DNA of 64,000 nt from Macrostomum lignano (Eukaryota), in the NCBI GenBank assembly GCA_002269645.1, contig NIVC01003977.1, positions 1 through 64,000 of the forward strand, read 5' to 3'. Shown here piece after piece: positions 49,706 through 64,000 of the stretch. The position numbers and the translations under genes were made by a program. Every line of letters begins with the position of its first letter. Within the stretch, counting starts at the first letter, position 1. The notes below the pieces were generated by a model. The model was not told where the DNA came from. It made no database searches and worked only from the letters and a program-made list of their open reading frames with translations.

Positions 49706-50552
49706 CAATTCTCGCTGTCAGACGGCCTGTGTTTGGCAGCCCCCATATTTCCGCAGCATTTCCACGGAAAGCCCATCGGACTTGAAGCGCCAGCAGCCAC
49801 AGAGTTCGCATTCATCAGCCGCCTGCCTGCCTATAGCGCCGGATCGAAACAGGCGGCCATCTTTTAATTCTCTCACATCGACCGATTCCAGAATTGGGAG
49901 CCGCAGGGACGCAGACAGAGCGGGGGATTAGGCTTAAGCCCGGCAGCAGATGGGGACACCCAAGCCAATCTGTCATTGCCTCCAGCTAGCATTCCCCGAT
50001 TGCATGGTAAATTGGGAGTTCACAACTCTTCTAGTCTGGGGGGGGGCAGAAGTTATTGTGGTGCGCTGCGGCCGTTGCGGCGGCTCTGAGGCGCGTCGGC
50101 GTGCGCAAAGATTGCGTTCGCGCGCCAAACTGCAGATAATTGCTGCCGATGCTGTTGGACTTTTCTTTTGCTCCTCCTTCTCATCCTCCTCATCCTCCTC
50201 TCTCTTCTGGGCAGCTGCGGGTTGATTGATCTGGCGTCTGAGAAAATAAATTGCTTTTTCGAGCCGCATCGGCTTTTCATTGAGCCTCTGGCCGGGCTCG
50301 GCGACAAGCGAGTCACCAACGCGGCCTGGACCCTTCAAGTTAGTGCGGGAGGTGCAGCTCTGTTGACTCGGCCTGTCGGTTGACGCCGGTGCCCCACGGA
50401 TCCCGCACCCTGTGGCGCTGCTATCATTTTTTTCTTACTGAACAGATTTCGACTGCGTATTTCATTCTTTTTGTTGTTCACAACTCATCGGGAGTCGAAC
50501 CCCCTTCTGCTCATGGAAACTCAGCGAGATTCGAACCCCCTCCCGCCCGCAG

Positions 50553-58272
<7,720 letters not shown>

Positions 58273-59120
58273 ATCAGCGGCGCTCGCTCCCTGATCGTAG
58301 CGTGCAGCTACGCGGTCTGCCCATAGGAAACAGCAAAGCAAATTTTATCAGAAAATGAAAATGTTCAGTTATGAAGCTCGGCACACGGAGTGGCAGTATA
58401 GTGTCCTTAACTACAATAAAAGACCATTGCCCATCTAATGGTCAAGTAACATTCGTATAATTCAAAGATTATACTGTATATCAAAACAACAGACAGATAG
58501 ACAGACTTCATCAAGGATTTTCCTTTGCACAATGCGTTATTGAGATAGGAGTTTTTTAGCTCCTATTTTCAGAACTGCTCATAAATTGACACTGTGTCCC
58601 TTCTGAACTTCCCAATTGCAAATGAAGCAAGTTTGTTTGGAAAAGGTTTGAAAAAAGTATTATTATCGGAGATCGGCAAAGGTCAACGTACGAGCGTACA
58701 TGCCACACTTGGGTTTTCTAAATGGATTTAGCAGAGATTTAGCTGTTTTGCACAGCGCTGAATGGGGTTTGGCCATAGACAAATCCTGCTTGCCGATGTC
58801 TGCTGGCATTCCATGAAAATATAGATTGATAGAATTTAATGGCTTGAAAAACTGAAAACTTCCTATCTCGCCATTGTCCATGATCAAGATCTTTGGCCTG
58901 ATATTTTGGAAGTAATTTTAACACGATGAAAAAGTTTTGCGAATGGAAGCTATGATTATGGTTTTATAAGTAATCGGTCGGCATCCTACGATACAGGAAT
59001 CCGTGACAATTTTGTCAAGTCTGCCTCACAAAAATATCTTCTAAGCTTTTTCACACAAGGTCATTGCCATGGATACCCCGTGTAGAGTCCACGTTACCAA
59101 GGTCTTTATTCATTGTAAAG

Positions 59121-59447
59121 GTAATAATAATAATAATATTACTAATAATAATAATTGATTACACCTACCCTAATGGTCAGATGTGCAACCGACAGCTCAG
59201 CCGCAGCTATTGCGCGGCGCATCTGAAGGTTGCGCTGCGTAGGCTGTTCAGTCCAAGGACTGGGGGGTCGCCACACACCCTCAATTACCCCAGCTAATCC
59301 TGGCACCCATTTTACAGCTGGGTGAACTGAAGCAATGCAGAGTTAAGTGTCTTGCTCAAGGACACAAATTGTTCCGATTGGGTCGAGAATCGAACCCCCG
59401 ACCTTTCAGTCGTGCGTCCGACGCTCTGACCACTAGGCTAAAACCCC
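59121..59447 (-). mobile_element. tRNA-derived SINE, family 1, copy 3
   Basis: The reverse complement is colinear with 5688-5987 (A/B boxes, GGAACAATTTGTGTCCTTGAGCAAG, ATT tail). Confidence 0.87.
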
Positions 59448-60725
59448 TCAGGTGAAAGCCATAAAAATAGCTACGGAAAATTGATAGAAAACTGTGTGGT
59501 TCCATGTGAATCATGGTTGTGAAAGTAGTTCTTTTTCGCCGTGTTCTTTTGAATGAAATGCATTCACCTCCCAACCACTTCTGAACTGCTTTCGTGCTTC
59601 TTTTGCCCGAAAGATCCAATTTTTTTGTTTTCAGTTGCCATAAAATTATTTTCTGCAAACCAATTCAACTAATTTTATCAGTTTTCATAAATTCTTTTCT
59701 CACACTGCAGAGAGTCACGCACCAGTTACGAGCCTGAACTCATTCGAAATTAAACAATTTTGATTTACAATTCAATTCTTGAAATTGCAATACAAGGACG
59801 TAAAGATGGATTCATTGTGTCTTTTATGTGGTGCAGGGGATTCTCAGTATTCTGCCAAAGAAACACAAGCAGAACGGATTGCTAATCTACTCAACACATT
59901 ATATTGATTAAAGGACAGAATGAATTGCTAATCTACTCCACGGACTAACTTGATTAAAGTAAAGAATGGATTGCTAATCTACTCCACAGACTAACTTGAT
60001 TAAGGGATAGAGTGGATTGCTAATCTAGTCTAGAATAAAAATTATTGGAATGGACAAAATGGAGTCTTTAAATAAAAAATCTTACAAACTACAAAGTTTG
60101 CATTTGCAAAGGGATAAAACTTTGGCTGTAATTATTTAGCACAGGAGCTTTCAAAAAAAGCTTGTACAGCACTTCTTGTCTATTATGATGGTCAGAGGTT
60201 AATAATGGAAAAATAAAACTTGAGAATAATTTGTCCAAAAACTGATGTTAAAAACTGCAAAGACTGATAAAAACACAACCCCGGAGATTCGGCAGGAAGT
60301 CAGTCTGAAAAATGGAAGTTAAAAAGTTTCATTTCAAACAAACTGTGAACTGGGAAAGCAGTTATCGCAGTCGAGTAAACAACTGGAATAAAATGGAAGA
60401 ATGACATTCGTTATGCTCATAAAATACCTCAAAAATATTAACAACAAAAACAATAAATTTCATTGATAAAACAAGAAAAGGCTTTGGTTTGTTCCTGACA
60501 AAAATTAGTTAAATAACAATAATATATTTTGTTAAACACTGCAATTATCAAATATTCATTCAGCAAGAGCTCATTCATGAGTATGAATATATCTCTTAGA
60601 AAGCGTGCAGAAGTTTTAAAGCAAAATTGAAATGAAAATTGAAGATTTATAGATGTAAAATAAATTTGTTTGACAATGGCGCTTCAACTTTAATGACAAT
60701 TGTTTGAAAACTCGAATTTCGCTGT

Positions 60726-61742
60726 TCTGACCAAACACATTGTGGCCTGACCAAACACATTGTGGCCTGACCAAACACATTATGGCCTGACCAAACACAT
60801 TGTGGCCTGACCAAACACATTGTGGCCTGACCAAACACATTATGGCCTGACCAAACACATTGTGGCCTGACCAAACACATTGTGGCCTGACCAAACACAT
60901 TGTGGCCTGACCAAACACATTGTGGCCTGACCAAACACATTGTGGCCTGACCAAACACATTGTGGCCTGACCAAACACATTGTGGCCTGACCAAACACAT
61001 TGTGGCCTGACCAAACACATTGTGGCCTGACCAAACACATTGTGGCCTGACCAAACACATTGTGGCCTGACGAAACACATTATGGCCTGACCAAACACAT
61101 TATGGCATGACCAAACACATTGTGGCCTGACAAAACACATTGTGGCCTGACAAAACACATTGTGGCCTGACCAAACACATTATGGCCTGACCAAACACAT
61201 TGTGGCCTGACCAAACACATTGTGGCCTGACCAAACACATTGTGGCCTGACCAAACACATTATGGCCTGACCAAACACATTGTGGCCTCACCAAACACAT
61301 TATGGCCTGACTAAACACATTATGGCCTGACCAAACACATTGTGGCCTGACCAAACATATTATGGCCTGACCAAACACATTGTGGCCTCACCAAACACAT
61401 TATGGCCTGACTAAACACATTATGGCCTGACCAAACACATTGTGGCCTGACCAAACACATTGTGGCCTCACCAAACACATTATGGCCTGACTAAACACAT
61501 TATGGCCTGACCAAACACATTGTGGCCTGACCAAACACATTATGGCCTGACCAAACACATTGTGGCATCACCAAACACATTATGGCCTGACTAAACACAT
61601 TATGGCCTGACCAAACACATTGTGGCCTGACCAAACACATATGGCCTGACCAAACACATTATGGCCTGACCAAACACATTATGGCCTGACCAAACACATT
61701 ATGGCCTGACCAAACACATTATGGCCTGACCAAACACATTGT
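60726..61742. repeat. 20-bp satellite (CTGACCAAACACATTGTGGC)
   Basis: About 50 copies. Confidence 0.97.
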
Positions 61743-61910
61743 GCTGATAGGAAATAAGTAAATGGTCAAGTTAAGATTAATGCTGCTGAGGACAAGCAAA
61801 ATTGAGCCTTCAAAGAAACTGCCATAGCTATGAAGTGCTTACATACTCTTGCTCACTACAAGCAGTCCCAGAGCAAATCTCAGTGCCCCACCAGCCTCAA
61901 CCAGTATTTT

Positions 61911-63355
61911 TCAGATGTCCCTCTTAAAGCCCTTCAAGTCAACGTCGGTGCTCATCAGGCGCTCCAAGTCGTCCAGGGCCGCCTCCTGGCGCGACTTCAC
62001 GTCGCTGTCGCTGCCGCCGCCGCCGCCGCCTCCGCCGTCTACAGCGTCTACGCCCCTCGAGTCTCGCGGCTTTGGAGCCGGCGGCTTTGGAGCCGGCGGC
62101 TTCACCGGCTGAGCGACAGGGGATTTCTGGCGCGGCGGCCGACTTGGCGGCTGCTGCGCCTGCGGCGGCTGTTGCGGCGGAGGAGGCTGACTTGGCGGCT
62201 GCTGCGTGTGCGGCGGCTGTTGCGGCGGAGGAGGCCGACTTGGTTGGCTTGGCTGCTGGCTGGGCGCCGGCTGTGTGGGCTGGTACTGCCCAAAGCCCAT
62301 CTGTGTTGACGGGCAGTTGAGAGAGAAAATCAATTTTTTGGCTTGTCAAGGTTAATAACACCTAAGGTAGTTTTGCAGCTTGCCTATCGCGCAGTGTTCT
62401 GCTTCCACCCTTTTCCCGATCTTCTAAAACTTTCTCGTTCCTTCAGCGATCTGCCACTCCCTTCCAGTGGCTTCAGCGATCTGCCACTCCCTTCCAGTGG
62501 CTTCAGCGATCTGCCACTCCCTTCCAGTGGCTTCACGATCTGCCACTCCCTTCCAGTGGCTTCAGCGATCTGCCACTCCCCTCCAGTGGCTTCAGCGATC
62601 TGCCACTCCCTTCCAGTGGCTTCAGCGATCTGCCACTCCCTTCCAGTGGCTTCACGATCTGCCACTCCCTTCCAGTGGCTTCAGCGATCTGCCACTCCCC
62701 TCCAGTGGCTTCAGCGATCTGCCATTCCCTTCCAGTGGCTTCAGCGATCTGCCACTCCCTTCCAGTGGCTTCAGCGATCTGCCATTCCCTTCCAGTGGCT
62801 TCAGCAATCTGCCATTCCCTTCCAGTGGCTTCAGCGATCTGCCATTCCCTTCCAGTGGCTTCAGCGATCTGCCACTCACTTCCAGTGGCTTCAGCGATCT
62901 GCCACCTGACATCAATTACCTCAACCCTCTATTATATATTATTTGAACTTAGTCTAGTTCCTAAATACTTCTGAATTAGATTTCAGACCAGACATTACCG
63001 GAGGCTGCAGCTGCTCATAGCTCTGCTGATAGTAGTATGAACTGCCCTGGGCTGGGTAGCCTTGTTGCATGCCGTAGCCAAAGCCGTAGCCGCCGCCGAC
63101 CCCGGTGTACGCCGCTGTGGGCGCGAGGCCGTACATTGGCGGCATGGACTGCTGCTGGTTGACTGTGGCGTCAATCTGAGGCTGGTTCTGCTGCATGAAT
63201 TGCTGCTGCTGCTGCTGATATTGCTGCTGCTGGAATTGCTGCTGTTCGGGGGAAAGAGCAGTATAGCCGCCCATCGGATTAGGCGCTGGGTTGCCCTGGA
63301 GAGCGAAACCGTAGGGTGGAGGCGGCGGCTGCTGCTGCTGATTAGGGTGGCTCAT
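61911..63355 (-). CDS. Gln/Pro/Tyr/Gly-rich low-complexity protein, ~248 aa; exons 63355-62999 and 62300-61911
   Basis: AAAAATG start, phase-0 donor CCG|gtaatg, acceptor tcaacacag|ATG in frame, GC-rich codon-like composition; PPPPPY motif. No family recognised and the 3' end is uncertain. Confidence 0.6.
62440..62905. repeat. 30-bp minisatellite in the intron of the Q/P-rich gene
   Basis: CTTCAGCGATCTGCCACTCCCTTCCAGTGG, about 15 copies. Confidence 0.95.
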
Positions 63356-64000
63356 TTTTTCAGCTTGTGTTGTGTCGATAAAAAATAATCATGCAAAACA
63401 GTTGATTTGATTTTACTCCAGGCTTAAAATAAATATAATTAACTTTAACTTTGACTTTGAGTAAATCATATTCAAATAAAAGCTATAGTGACTTTAGCTA
63501 ATGAAATAAAAAGTTATGAACTGTTCAATTATTAATCGATAAAATTTAGGCATAGCCTTCATTATACATAAAAAACTAACAGTCAAATCGATCTCTAAAA
63601 TATATTTTTTATTATAGTCTAGACTTTTAACCTCGCATTGTGAGTTTCAAAGGTACAATAATGTCATGATATAAAGCATTTTTTATGAATGGATGGACTT
63701 GGAATATGATTCTGTCACGATTATATTTAATTAGCTTAAGCTTGAAAGTACTCATTTGAAGCAAAAATAGAAAATAGAATAAAAAATAAGAATCTCCAGA
63801 ATGTTCAAATGGAAAGTTATTCCTCAAAACATTCTTTCAACTGGTTTTTTAATAATCATAGACGTACTGCGTAGGATAGGAAAGAGCTAGGCCAGTGAGT
63901 TAATTTTTCAAGTCAACTTTTGGTAAGAAAGTGCAATACATTCTACCTACTACAGTGGTCCTTGACATTCTGTCCTAAGACTGCTGGCACCAAAACTTTA

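Noticed and set aside
49973-50338. Antisense ORF containing LEKAIYFLRRQ, resembling bHLH helix 2
   Set aside because: No basic region or helix 1 in frame upstream and no clear splice acceptor; too short to support.

Overview
Metazoan genomic DNA with spliced, GC-rich exons, GT-AG introns and extreme tandem-repeat density: by eye about 19 kb (~30%) of the window is micro- or minisatellite. The style resembles the flatworm Macrostomum, which is an inference and not a search result. Five spliced gene models can be read by hand: (1) a Fos/ATF3-family bZIP factor (-), whose last codon is interrupted by a 2084-bp P-superfamily (THAP) transposon with 40-bp TIRs and a perfect 8-bp TSD; (2) an intact 7-exon, ~824-aa leishmanolysin/invadolysin (M8)-like membrane protein (-) that has lost all zinc ligands and carries a SEA domain, a TM helix and a tail; (3) a complete 9-exon CDKL1-like kinase (+); (4) an SLC9B/NHA Na+/H+ antiporter (+) with four homopolymer frameshifts that look like assembly errors; (5) a Gln/Pro/Tyr/Gly-rich protein (-). 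There is also one unidentified exon. Mobile DNA includes an internally deleted Ty3/Gypsy element, two SINE families with three copies each and three MITEs, one of which carries a telomere-like array. Some satellites are built from recognisable functional motifs: about 20 AP-1 sites upstream of the Fos/ATF3 gene, about 18 CCAAT boxes, and about 22 tandem copies of an intron's own 5' splice site. Most long ORFs in the supplied track are translations of repeats and are not genes. No CRISPR array, rRNA or bona fide tRNA was seen.
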